Part shown: one piece after another, positions 6,255-16,059 of the stretch
Layout of the letters: every line of letters begins with the position of its first letter
Numbering within the stretch: the stretch's first letter is position 1
Assembly: GCA_027061995.1 (NCBI GenBank)
Contig: JAMOUT010000100.1
Location: forward strand, 2,211 to 66,210
Source: Candidatus Aminicenantes bacterium
GTDB lineage: Bacteria; Acidobacteriota; Aminicenantia; JAMOAD01
DNA: 64,000 nt
Reading direction: 5' to 3'
The notes under the pieces: model-generated
Databases searched by the model: none
The model's input: only the letters and a program-made list of their open reading frames with translations
Told to the model about the DNA's origin: nothing
Program-made: the position numbers and the translations under genes

Positions 6255-9014
6255 ATGAAGAAAAAATATTTTGTTTTAATCATAATTCTGTTTTCTCACT
6301 TTTCCCTATTAAACGGACAACTTTTTGTTTTTAACCCTACCACGAAAATATTGCAGATAAACAGTGAACATTTTGAAGTCCTGTTTCCTGAAGGATATGA
6401 AAACCTTGCTTTTAAAACCATTAAAATCGGAGAGAACAGATACAAAGTTTTATCCGAAGCTTTTAATTGGCAACCGAAAAAAATAGTGATAGGAATTTTC
6501 CCGAATATCGATTATTCAAACGGTTTTACAATGGTTCCCTTTTATAATTATATAGCATTAAACCCTTTTCCGGCGACAAGTGATTCAGAGCTTAATAATT
6601 ATGATGAATGGTTAAATCTTTTTTTAACTCATGAGCTTACCCATGTTTTCCACCTTGATCAATCAAGGGATCTGGCGAAATTTTTCAGAGCGATTTTCGG
6701 CAATGCTCCGACTTCTCTTGTTTTTCCCCAACTCTCCAATTCAATAGCTTTTATGGAAGGGATAGCCGTTTATTCCGAGAGTAAAAACACGGCGGGGGGA
6801 AGACTTAATAGTTCCGATTATCTCGCATATATAAAAAACAATGTTTTATTTGATAATTTTCCCCCTTTTGACAGAGTTTACGGAGGAACTAACTTTTTCC
6901 CCGGGATGGGTTCTTCATATATTTACGGTTCATTTATGGTTGATTATATTGTAAAAACAAAAACATGGGAAAATATAAAAAAGTCTATCAATATCTCTTC
7001 AAAAGTTCCGATGATATACGGCCCCGAATTAGCTTTACTTGTTTTAACCGATCATATGCCGTGGACACATTATACCCTGATGAAAAATTATTATAAAGAA
7101 AAATTTAAAAATTTAAAATTGAATATAAGCGGAGTTTCAAAAGACAGATTCAGAAAAAGGTATTTGGAATCATTAAAAGATAAATTGTATTATATTGAAA
7201 GATCCCCCTTCATGATTTCCTCCATAGTGGAATATGATATTAAAACCGGAAAAAAGAGAAAACTTGTTAAAAGATATCAAATCAAAACACTTAATATTGA
7301 CAGAGAAAATAAAAAGATATATTTCAGTTCCATAAATCGGGTAAAAAACTACTATGTTTTCAGTGATATCTATTATTATGATATTAAAAAAGGTAAAACC
7401 AAAAGATTAAGCAAAGGTAAAAGGTTTTCTTTCCCTTGTTATTATAAAAGCGGTTTTGTTTTTGCGGTTAAAAGGGGAAAAATGAATTCCCGAATAGTTT
7501 TATATGATACTAATTCAAAAGAGATAACAAAAGAATATCAGAGATTTGATCAAATCTCATTCATAACAATTGATAATGATAAAAGAAACCTATATTTCAT
7601 AGGACATAAAGATCACCAATGGGATATATATTCTCTGAATTTGGAAACGGACAAACTTTTAAAGATAACTGATTCCCTTTCAATAGAAAAATATCTGAAA
7701 TACAAAGATGGCAAATTATATTTTGTTTCTCAAACAAAGGAGGAACAATCGGTTTTTTCTTATAATATTGAGAATAATGAGTTTTATAAACTTTTTACAT
7801 CACCTACCGATATAAGAGGATTTGCCTTTGAAAAAGACTCTTTGTTTCTTCTTTCCATATATAATAATGGTGTTGAGATAGTTAAACCTAATAAAACGGA
7901 AATAACTGAAATTAACAATTATGATGATTCGGAAGAAAAAAAAGTGGGAATTGAGGAAAAAGGGAAACAAAAAATAAAACAAAAAATAAAAAAAGCAAAT
8001 CTTTTAAAATATTTTATTCCGAAATTTTGGCTTCCCTCTTTTAAAGAAGTGGATAACAGATATCTATGGGGGCCTTCAACTTTCTCTTTTGACCCATACG
8101 GAAGATCTTTTTTATACGGGAGCACATATTTTAATCCTTCGGCAAGCAAACTGCCATCTTTTGAATTCGGTTTAACTCACTATTTTTGGTATCTTCCTCT
8201 TTCAATTAAATATGTTGACACTTCTTCGAAAAATAAAACTCTCGGTGATTACAGAGATATAAAGCTAAAGCTCGGAACATTTTATCAAACGGGGGATTAT
8301 TACAAGAGATTAATATTATCCGTAAATTATGTTTATGAAGCAAGAAAAAAAACAATATACAACAGATACACTCTATCTGGTTTTTCAGCTGATTTGAATT
8401 ATGATACGACCAAACAATTTCCCCTTTCGATAAGTAGAGAGGATGGTATTCTTTTTAGTGCGGGATACAGAAAAAATCTGAAAGCTCTCGGAAGTGATTT
8501 TGATCTTTCAGAGTTTTTTGTGGATTTCAGAGGTTATCTCAACGGAGCTTTTCTAAATCAGGTGCTTGCTTTTAAATTCGGTTATTATAACTCTTTTGGC
8601 GACGGGATAAAACTTGTGGGAGTTGGCGGAGATAAAAGCCAAGAGGAATATCCCTCTGTTTTTAATCCCTCTATTGGAAAGCAGAGAGCTTATAGCTCAT
8701 CCTCTTTTTACGGAAATAAGATATTTTCTTTTTCGGTTGAATTAAGAAACCCGATAGCAAGAATAGAAAGAGGTTTTAAATTTTATCCTATCTTTATTTC
8801 ACAAATATATTCATCAATATTCGTGGACTGGTCAAGGATTGAACGGGTGGGCAAAAAAACGAGGATTCCTCTTAGTATAGGTGCGGAAGTAAGTGTGGAT
8901 GTCAGAATCCAATATACTCTCAGCTTAACGATAACCGGTGGAATCGCTTTTCCCTCCTCCGGTAAAGAACCTGTAAAACCGAGATATTATTTTAGAATAG
9001 GAAAATCTTTTTAA
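6255..9014 (+). CDS. Outer-membrane fusion protein: HExxH metallopeptidase (MA-clan-like) + PD40/TolB-like repeats + Omp85-like C-terminal barrel
   Basis: Signal peptide present. HELTH at nt 6630-6644, followed by AFMEGIAVY (candidate third ligand). Three or more PD40-like units (IYFSS...DIYYYDIKKGKTKRLS; LYFIGHKD..WDIYSLNLETDKLLKIT; LYFVSQ...SVFSYNIENNEFYKL). K/E linker. Barrel-like C-terminus (GVGGD...FSVELRNPI...IFVDWS...YYFRIGKSF). Paralog of 58130..60979. Confidence 0.65.
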   Translation: MKKKYFVLIIILFSHFSLLNGQLFVFNPTTKILQINSEHFEVLFPEGYENLAFKTIKIGENRYKVLSEAFNWQPKKIVIGIFPNIDYSNGFTMVPFYNYIALNPFPATSDSELNNYDEWLNLFLTHELTHVFHLDQSRDLAKFFRAIFGNAPTSLVFPQLSNSIAFMEGIAVYSESKNTAGGRLNSSDYLAYIKNNVLFDNFPPFDRVYGGTNFFPGMGSSYIYGSFMVDYIVKTKTWENIKKSINISSKVPMIYGPELALLVLTDHMPWTHYTLMKNYYKEKFKNLKLNISGVSKDRFRKRYLESLKDKLYYIERSPFMISSIVEYDIKTGKKRKLVKRYQIKTLNIDRENKKIYFSSINRVKNYYVFSDIYYYDIKKGKTKRLSKGKRFSFPCYYKSGFVFAVKRGKMNSRIVLYDTNSKEITKEYQRFDQISFITIDNDKRNLYFIGHKDHQWDIYSLNLETDKLLKITDSLSIEKYLKYKDGKLYFVSQTKEEQSVFSYNIENNEFYKLFTSPTDIRGFAFEKDSLFLLSIYNNGVEIVKPNKTEITEINNYDDSEEKKVGIEEKGKQKIKQKIKKANLLKYFIPKFWLPSFKEVDNRYLWGPSTFSFDPYGRSFLYGSTYFNPSASKLPSFEFGLTHYFWYLPLSIKYVDTSSKNKTLGDYRDIKLKLGTFYQTGDYYKRLILSVNYVYEARKKTIYNRYTLSGFSADLNYDTTKQFPLSISREDGILFSAGYRKNLKALGSDFDLSEFFVDFRGYLNGAFLNQVLAFKFGYYNSFGDGIKLVGVGGDKSQEEYPSVFNPSIGKQRAYSSSSFYGNKIFSFSVELRNPIARIERGFKFYPIFISQIYSSIFVDWSRIERVGKKTRIPLSIGAEVSVDVRIQYTLSLTITGGIAFPSSGKEPVKPRYYFRIGKSF

Positions 9015-9922
9015 TGATTTCCATAATAATAGTAACATTTAACGGAGAAAGATTTATAAAAGAACTCCTGAATTCCATTAAATCTCAAACATATCAAGTT
9101 TTTGAAATAATAATAATAGATAATGATTCAAAAGATAAAACCATAAGAATAATAGAAGAATTCAAGGATGTAAAACTGATAAAATCATTTGAGAATATAG
9201 GTTATACGGGGGCATTAAACATAGGAATTACCGAAAGTAAAGGGGAATATATTCTGATTCTTAATCAGGATACAAAGTTGGACAGAGATTTTCTAAAAAA
9301 CGGATTAAAGGGATTTAAAGATAAAAAAACAGGTTTTGTTTCCGGGAAAATTTTAAGATTTGATGAAAAAACGATAGATTCCACAGGGCAGTATCTTTCT
9401 TTAGCTCTTTATCCGAAGGAGAGGGGATACAATAAATCCGATAACAAAAACAATTATAAAGAGGGTTATATCTTTTCAGTATGCGGTGCAATCGCTTTTT
9501 ACAAAAGGGAGATGCTTGAAGAATTAAAGATAGGAAACGAGATATTCGATAATGATTTTTTTATGTTTTTCGATGATGTGGATATATGTTGGAGAGCCAA
9601 CAACAAGGGGTGGAAAGGATATTATATTCCCGAAGCTGTGGGTTATCATTATAGATCGGGAACAATAAAATCACAAAAAAAGATATTTCTTTCTTTAAAA
9701 AGATCACCCTTTATCCAATATCATATAATAAAAAACAGATACCTGACTTTAATCAAAAATGTTAAACCCATCTCTCTCTTACTCCATCTCCCTTTTATCT
9801 TATTAAGAGATATTTTCTATTTTTTAATAATCCTTTTTTATCCCTCGGTATTGATTAAATTGATAAAAAATTATAAATTATTTATTAAAGCTTTCAAAAA
9901 AAGGAAAATTATATGGAAGTAA
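9014..9922 (+). CDS. Family 2 glycosyltransferase
   Basis: ISIIIVTFNG...IIIIDNDSKD...ILILNQD is typical of GT2 (GT-A fold, DxD-type). The start overlaps the upstream stop (TAATG). Confidence 0.85.
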   Translation: MISIIIVTFNGERFIKELLNSIKSQTYQVFEIIIIDNDSKDKTIRIIEEFKDVKLIKSFENIGYTGALNIGITESKGEYILILNQDTKLDRDFLKNGLKGFKDKKTGFVSGKILRFDEKTIDSTGQYLSLALYPKERGYNKSDNKNNYKEGYIFSVCGAIAFYKREMLEELKIGNEIFDNDFFMFFDDVDICWRANNKGWKGYYIPEAVGYHYRSGTIKSQKKIFLSLKRSPFIQYHIIKNRYLTLIKNVKPISLLLHLPFILLRDIFYFLIILFYPSVLIKLIKNYKLFIKAFKKRKIIWK

Positions 9923-10917
9923 AATTAATGATTGATATTCTCGGAATCTCTCTCTTATCATTTCTCTTAACTCTTTATCTTATCCCCCTTATGATTAAAG
10001 CGGCGAAAGAGATGAAAATCTTGGATATCCCCGACAATAACCTGAAAAAACATAAAGAGCCTACCCCTTATCTCGGAGGGCTTGCCATATATATGGCAAT
10101 TATTTTTTCGACAACCCTTATGATTCCTTTCAATAAATTTACTTCGGCGTTTTTTCTCGGTGCCACAATGATTGTTTTTCTCGGTTTCGTAGATGATTTA
10201 AAAGCACTTAAACCCGGTATTAAATTTTTGTTTCAGATAATAGTTGTTTTCATAATAATAAAGGGAGGGGTATATATTAAAATAGTTTTTTTCCCCCAAT
10301 GGTTTAACTATGTTCTCACTTGTTTATGGCTTCTGACAATAATAAATGCCATGAATTTTCTGGACATTATGAATGGTTTGGCTTCTTTTACAGGGCTTAT
10401 AATATTAATATTTTTCATCTTTTATGCTTCCCTTGATAATAATATCTCCCTTATGTTTATATCAACCTCAACTTTCGGAGCTGTTTTAGCTTTTTTTTAT
10501 CATAATTTTCCCGAAGCTATGATTTTTCTCGGAGATACGGGAAGTATGCTTTTGGGATATACTTTCGGAGTTCTCTCTTTTGCCATAGATTATTCCAATC
10601 TTACTAAAATAGGAATTATAAACCCTCTTATAATACTTTTTATCCCTCTTTTTGAGATAGTTTGGACAATCGTAAGAAGAGTGTATTTAAAAATCCCACC
10701 GTGGCAAGGATCACCACATCATTATTCCTACTATATCAGAGATATTCTCGGAGGAGAGAGAACTGTATATTTTCTCGGCTTTCTCTCATTTCTTGCGGGA
10801 ATAATTTCGATTTTCAATTATCTCGGCTTAATTGAGATTGAGATTATTCTCGGAATAATACTTATTATAGCTGCAATAGTTTTTCCTGTTTATAAAACAA
10901 AATATGAAAGAAAATAA
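9913..10917 (+). CDS. MraY/WecA-family polyprenyl-phosphate sugar-1-phosphate transferase (GT4)
   Basis: Polytopic membrane protein with family motifs GFVDDLKAL, NAMNFLDIMNGL and LGDTGSMLLGY. Confidence 0.85.
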   Translation: MEVKLMIDILGISLLSFLLTLYLIPLMIKAAKEMKILDIPDNNLKKHKEPTPYLGGLAIYMAIIFSTTLMIPFNKFTSAFFLGATMIVFLGFVDDLKALKPGIKFLFQIIVVFIIIKGGVYIKIVFFPQWFNYVLTCLWLLTIINAMNFLDIMNGLASFTGLIILIFFIFYASLDNNISLMFISTSTFGAVLAFFYHNFPEAMIFLGDTGSMLLGYTFGVLSFAIDYSNLTKIGIINPLIILFIPLFEIVWTIVRRVYLKIPPWQGSPHHYSYYIRDILGGERTVYFLGFLSFLAGIISIFNYLGLIEIEIILGIILIIAAIVFPVYKTKYERK

Positions 10918-11635
10918 TATAATAGCCGGATTTAACAGAATCAATGAATTGATAGAGAAAGATTCGGGAAAAATCCGGAAAATCATGATAAACAGGGGTA
11001 AACCTCTTCATCCGCGTGTATTAAAACTTATTAACAAGGCAAAAGAATGTAATGTAAATATTCAACGGGTTGAGGATCGATATTTTAAAAGGAACAGACT
11101 TCATAATGAAGTTTTGTGTGCGGAGATATCCCCTTTCTCTTTTAATGATGAGGAACTATTAAAACAGGAGATACCGGATACGGAATTGATAGTGGCGATA
11201 GACGGAATAAATGACCCTCATAATCTCGGTGCCATAATAAGAACAGCTTATTTTATGGGAGTCCGCCATATCGTTGTTCCGAAAAAGAGGGTATCACCTC
11301 TGTCACAGACTGTTTTTTCCTCCTCTGCCGGAGCTATTACATATATTCAACCTTACAGGGTGAAGAGTATCCCGGGATTTTTAAAATATGCAAAAGAAAA
11401 AGGTTTTACAATCATATGTGCGGATGCTCACGGAGATAAAGATTTAAAGGGGTATGAAAACAGGGGTAAAACAGTGCTATTATTCGGCTCTGAAGGAACG
11501 GGGATTTCATCGGAACCGAGAAAACTGTGTGATATCAGATATCATATTAAATCGCAAACAGGTTTTGAATCTTTGAATTTATCCAATTCTGTTGCAATCT
11601 TTTTATATAAAATGCTCTATGAAAGCGATTTATAA
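10904..11635 (+). CDS. rlmB: SpoU-family 23S rRNA (Gm2251) 2'-O-methyltransferase RlmB-like
   Basis: N-terminal substrate-binding-like region plus SpoU motifs (DGINDPHNLGAIIRTAYFMGV; LLFGSEGTGIS; SLNLSNSVAIFLY). Confidence 0.8.
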   Translation: MKENNIIAGFNRINELIEKDSGKIRKIMINRGKPLHPRVLKLINKAKECNVNIQRVEDRYFKRNRLHNEVLCAEISPFSFNDEELLKQEIPDTELIVAIDGINDPHNLGAIIRTAYFMGVRHIVVPKKRVSPLSQTVFSSSAGAITYIQPYRVKSIPGFLKYAKEKGFTIICADAHGDKDLKGYENRGKTVLLFGSEGTGISSEPRKLCDIRYHIKSQTGFESLNLSNSVAIFLYKMLYESDL

Positions 11636-12500
11636 GGCGGATAAGATCTTTATTATCATATATTTCGTAATAATATGCTCTGTCGGAATTTTTTTATTCT
11701 TTCTCTCGGATAATAATTATCGTATTTTAATTTTTACACTATTAACGGAAATCTTCTATCTTTTATTTTCCACGAGAAAATACCATAAAAGGTTAAAAGT
11801 GATAAATACCCCTTTTCCGCAAGATTGGGATAATTTTATTAAAACAAAATCAAAATTTTTTAATAATATAGATGATAAACATAAAAAAAGATTTATAAAT
11901 GATATAAAAATTTTTATGTCAGAATTTAATGTCGAGGGGATAAAAGGGAAAAAGATAGATGAGAAAACAAAACTTCTTATTGCAATGGGAATAGCGACCG
12001 TTCTTAACGGAAGACCCGATTGGGAACCACCCATAAGAGATAGTATAGTTGTTTATCCGGGAAGAAATTTCGATGAAAATTTTAAAATCGGAGAGGGGAA
12101 TTATGCGGGAATGGCACCTTTAAACGGGCCTATGATACTATCGAAAGACAGTTTAAAAGCAAGTTTTGAAAATCAAACCGACGGATACAATGTTCTTTTT
12201 CATGAGATTGCCCATTATTTTGATTGGGAGGACGGAGAAGCGGAGGGTGTTCCCGCTGTCAGAATGCTATCAAATACGATTATCCCTTGGAAAAAAGTTA
12301 TATATGATGAATGGGAAAAGGCTAACAAAGGGCAATCTTTTCTCGGTTCATACGCAGGGAAAAACCAAGCCGAGCTTTTTGCGGTTGCGACAGAATTCTT
12401 TTTTGAAAAACCGCACCTTCTCAGGGAAAAGAACCCCGAACTATATGAGCTTCTTAAGAATTTTTTTAACATGGATACGGAAAAACTGATACCTTATTGA
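11592..12500 (+). CDS. MtfA-like (M90 family) zinc metallopeptidase with N-terminal transmembrane segments
   Basis: HEIAHYFDWEDGEAEGVP followed by ...ELFAVATEFFFEKP, typical of the MtfA/M90 family. Two N-terminal hydrophobic helices. The exact start is uncertain (an alternative ATG lies at 11619). Confidence 0.65.
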   Translation: MQSFYIKCSMKAIYKADKIFIIIYFVIICSVGIFLFFLSDNNYRILIFTLLTEIFYLLFSTRKYHKRLKVINTPFPQDWDNFIKTKSKFFNNIDDKHKKRFINDIKIFMSEFNVEGIKGKKIDEKTKLLIAMGIATVLNGRPDWEPPIRDSIVVYPGRNFDENFKIGEGNYAGMAPLNGPMILSKDSLKASFENQTDGYNVLFHEIAHYFDWEDGEAEGVPAVRMLSNTIIPWKKVIYDEWEKANKGQSFLGSYAGKNQAELFAVATEFFFEKPHLLREKNPELYELLKNFFNMDTEKLIPY

Positions 12501-12728
12501 TTTTTATGGTTTTTTGACATCTGATAATCCGCAATATAAATCAATTCAAAAATAAAAAAAGATATTAAAAGCTCAATCATTTTATACTCCTTTTATTAAC
12601 AATATAATATTTTAACCTCTAACCTTTATCAAATAGTGATAAACACCCCGATTATGAATATGGTAATCTATCCATAATATTATTTATATGGTAAAATACA
12701 ATCTCAAATGAAGAAAGAGGAGGTTTTA

Positions 12729-13778
12729 ATGCCAAAAAAAGCTCTTATTACCGGAATTACCGGACAGGATGGTTCATATCTTGCGGAACTATTGCTTGAA
12801 AAAAATTATGAGGTTCACGGAATTGTCAGAAGAACAAGCTCCCTTGTAAACAGATTCAGAATTGACCCTATATATAAAAAGGCTAAGGAGGAGGGGAAAA
12901 AGATGTTTCTCCATTACGGAGATATGACCGATAGTTCATCAATTTATAAAATAATGGCAAAAGTTAAACCTGATGAGATATATAATCTTGCCGCGCAAAG
13001 TCATGTTAGAATCTCTTTTGATGCTCCCGAATACACTGCAAACTCTGATGCTGTGGGAACACTGAGAATCCTTGATACAATAAAAGAGTTGGGACTTGAG
13101 GAAAAAACAAAATTCTATCAGGCTTCAACAAGTGAACTCTTCGGGAATACAAATGAGTTTCCGCAAAAAGAAACTACCCCTTTTCACCCTTCAAGTCCTT
13201 ATGCGGTTGCAAAACTTTATGCGTATTGGATTACCGTTAATTACAGGGAATCTTATAATGTTTTTGCCTGTAACGGGATACTATTCAATCATGAGAGTCC
13301 TCGAAGGGGGGAGAATTTTGTTACAAGAAAAATCACTTTAAGCGCTGCAAAAATAAAACTCGGGATAGAGGATAAACTTTATCTCGGAAATCTTGATGCT
13401 AAAAGGGATTGGGGATTTGCAAAAGATTATGTAAAAGCTATGTGGCTTATGTTGCAGCAAAAAGAGCCTAAGGATTTTGTTATAGCTTCGGGAGAATCCC
13501 ATACTGTCAGAGAATTCGTAGAACTTGCTTTTAAAGAGGTTGGTATGGAAGTGGAATGGAAAGGTAAAGGGATAGATGAAAAAGGGATAGATAAAAGCAG
13601 CGGGAAAACCATTGTTGAGATAAATCCGAAGTATTACAGACCCCTTGATGTTAAATTTTTATGGGGAGATTATTCCAATGCTAAAAAAGAACTCGGTTGG
13701 GAGCCGGAAACATCTTTCAAAGAGCTTGTAAGTCTGATGGTTAAAGCTGACCTTGAATATTTCAAAGATAAGATATAG
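12729..13778 (+). CDS. gmd: GDP-mannose 4,6-dehydratase
   Basis: [36 protein letters not shown]... and [19 protein letters not shown] (YxxxK) are near-canonical Gmd. Start chosen at the ATG preceded by AGAGGAGG, rather than 12708. Confidence 0.93.
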   Translation: MPKKALITGITGQDGSYLAELLLEKNYEVHGIVRRTSSLVNRFRIDPIYKKAKEEGKKMFLHYGDMTDSSSIYKIMAKVKPDEIYNLAAQSHVRISFDAPEYTANSDAVGTLRILDTIKELGLEEKTKFYQASTSELFGNTNEFPQKETTPFHPSSPYAVAKLYAYWITVNYRESYNVFACNGILFNHESPRRGENFVTRKITLSAAKIKLGIEDKLYLGNLDAKRDWGFAKDYVKAMWLMLQQKEPKDFVIASGESHTVREFVELAFKEVGMEVEWKGKGIDEKGIDKSSGKTIVEINPKYYRPLDVKFLWGDYSNAKKELGWEPETSFKELVSLMVKADLEYFKDKI

Positions 13779-13787
13779 ATAATCAAA

Positions 13788-15923
13788 TCATTTTTCCGTT
13801 TTTAAGATTAAAAAACCTGTTTCATTTTGTAAATTCTCTGTTTTAATAAACAAGGGGATAAATTTTTTGTTCTTGTATCTTCTTTTTGCTTTTATTTTTA
13901 AGGTAAAATTTTTCCCTTTTTCAGCAAAAATCTTTTGCAAATCATTGTAAGCTGATATCTTATATTCATAGTCTGAAAACAGGTGAATTTTAATCTCTTT
14001 CCCTTTTCTCAAATAAAAAGGTAAGAATTTTTCCCCTTCACCGTGAATTTCAATCTCCCCTTTTATGTTTTTTATAATATTTCCCGATGTTCTTAAAAGT
14101 ATCAGATTGTTAGATAATTTGTAATATTTATAATTGTTCGGTTTGAAAAAAGGGAAAAGCAGATAGATTAAAGTTATAAAAACAAGTGTGCCATAGGAAA
14201 AGACTACAATAATTTTGCTTTTTCTTTTAAGGATTAAAACTGTTCCAGATAAAATTAAGATAATCCATATAAGATTCGGTAGATAATTATAATTATTTAA
14301 TTTAAGATAGGATGAAGCAAAATTATAAGGTTTGAAAACACTGTTTGAAACAAAAGAAAAAAGATCCGAAGCTCTGTTTGTAATCTCGTGTGTTGTTGTT
14401 TGATACATCAAAAGTGGATATTTTATTAATATCCCGCTTAAAAAGAATGAAAAAGCGAGAAGAATGGAAAATATCCATTTTATATTATTATCCCAATTTT
14501 CAATTAAAAACAGAAGAATAATAAAAGACAGAAACCAGATAAACGGTGAGATCGGTCTTGCGGGAGGGCAATATCCCCCTCTGTGTGTATTAAAAGCATA
14601 ATTTAAAATATGGATTATAAAGGGGATGGATAAAAGCCAAAATTTTTTATACTTTTTCCCGAAAAAGAAGATTAAAGCGGGAAAAACAAAAAAGAAAAGG
14701 GGAAAATAATACAAAAGTCCGTCCCTTTGATCAAGAAAATAATTTAACAGAGAATCAAACCTCATACTGAAGGGAATCATCTTAAAACTTAAAATAAGAT
14801 GAATCACATATGCTTTTTTTTCAGGCGACATAACTCCGTTATATATGCTTAAAAGGGAGAAGGAGCCGTAAGCATGATAAAGATAATATAGAAAACCTGC
14901 AAAAGAGAGAGCGAGAGGGGTAAATTCAAGGATGAATTTCGGCTTGAAAATTTTCAGTTTTTCCTTTATAAGAATTATAAGTAAAAGAAGAAGGACTATA
15001 ATAATAGATTTGACTCCCGACCAAACCAGAACAGACATCGCAATCGAAACTTTAAGATAATTTTTTTTCTCAAAATAAAAATTATTTATCGAATAAAGGA
15101 TTAAAAATGATAAAAATATCGAAGGGTAAAGGTGAGTTGAGAAAAACAGATAGGGAGAAGCGATAAAAGAGAGAAAGGTTGCCCAAAAAGCTGTTTTATC
15201 ATCTGTATCCGATAAAATAAGAAATCGGTAAAATTGCAAAGCCGCAAGAATCGCCCAAAAAATTATTCCTATTCTTATGATGAAAAAAAACAGGATTTTG
15301 CTTTTTAACAATTCTCCGAGTATAAAGAAGGGGAGAATCATAATAGAGATTGCGGGCATATGGAAAGAATATATGTATTGTCTCCCTTTTATTCCGAAAT
15401 ATCCGTGAAAAGGGAGAGGTTTTTTAAGTGACCAAAAGTTTTTTGTTTGTTCAAGTGATTGATTATTCGCTATATTCAGATCTCCGTCATGCAGAATAGA
15501 GTGCGCTACTACAAGATAATGTGGTTCATCTCCCGAAAAGAATATTTTTCCTTTGTAAGACAAAAGGGTTAAAAGATAAATAATAGAAAGTAAGATTATT
15601 ATGATTAATTTCGGTTTTTTGATTTCATAAGATTGCTGCTGTTTTATGAAAAGATAGATAAAATAAAAAATTGCGGGTAATAATAAAACAAAAGATCTCC
15701 AAATTGAATCTCTGAAAAAAACAAAATTAATTAAAGTTAAAGGTAATAAAAGTATAAGCGGGGGCATCTTTTTCAGAAAAAAGAGAAAAAACTTCTCTCT
15801 TTTAATCAAAAAAAGAAAAAAAAGAACAAACAAAACGGAAAAAAGAATAAAATTGTCAAGGACAATAAAATAAAGTAATAGAAAAAAGTTTAGAATAAAG
15901 AACAGTTTTTCTTTTATATCCAT
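13788..15923 (-). CDS. Large polytopic membrane protein, probable GT-C-fold glycosyltransferase
   Basis: More than 12 predicted TM helices. First-loop motif SGDEPHYLVVAHSILHDGDLNI resembles the DE-containing loop of GT-C (ArnT/PMT-like) enzymes. C-terminal soluble domain. Start set at the second ATG (15923), which directly follows a promoter. Confidence 0.5.
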   Translation of the reverse strand: MDIKEKLFFILNFFLLLYFIVLDNFILFSVLFVLFFLFLIKREKFFLFFLKKMPPLILLLPLTLINFVFFRDSIWRSFVLLLPAIFYFIYLFIKQQQSYEIKKPKLIIIILLSIIYLLTLLSYKGKIFFSGDEPHYLVVAHSILHDGDLNIANNQSLEQTKNFWSLKKPLPFHGYFGIKGRQYIYSFHMPAISIMILPFFILGELLKSKILFFFIIRIGIIFWAILAALQFYRFLILSDTDDKTAFWATFLSFIASPYLFFSTHLYPSIFLSFLILYSINNFYFEKKNYLKVSIAMSVLVWSGVKSIIIVLLLLLIILIKEKLKIFKPKFILEFTPLALSFAGFLYYLYHAYGSFSLLSIYNGVMSPEKKAYVIHLILSFKMIPFSMRFDSLLNYFLDQRDGLLYYFPLFFFVFPALIFFFGKKYKKFWLLSIPFIIHILNYAFNTHRGGYCPPARPISPFIWFLSFIILLFLIENWDNNIKWIFSILLAFSFFLSGILIKYPLLMYQTTTHEITNRASDLFSFVSNSVFKPYNFASSYLKLNNYNYLPNLIWIILILSGTVLILKRKSKIIVVFSYGTLVFITLIYLLFPFFKPNNYKYYKLSNNLILLRTSGNIIKNIKGEIEIHGEGEKFLPFYLRKGKEIKIHLFSDYEYKISAYNDLQKIFAEKGKNFTLKIKAKRRYKNKKFIPLFIKTENLQNETGFLILKTEK

Positions 15924-15928
15924 GGGAT

Positions 15929-15957
15929 AATATATCATTTCATTTAAACAGTTTCAA
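15929..15957 (-). promoter_or_regulatory. Sigma70-like promoter abutting the ATG of the GT-C-like gene (predicted leaderless mRNA)
   Basis: On the minus strand: TTGAAA (15957-15952), N17, TATATT (15934-15929), 5 nt (ATCCC), then ATG (15923-15921). Confidence 0.45.
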
Positions 15958-16059
15958 TTTATTGATTGTATTGTGAAATAAAAACACGGAATTTAAAGAT
16001 GCAATAAATTATCTCATATTATTTATTTTAATTTTATCTTTTATTAATGAATAATCTAT

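Noticed and set aside
12494-12580. 28-codon minus-strand mini-ORF (MIELLISFFIFELIYIADYQMSKNHKNQ) with an upstream GGAG
   Set aside because: It is too short to evaluate without conservation data and could easily arise by chance in AT-rich DNA.
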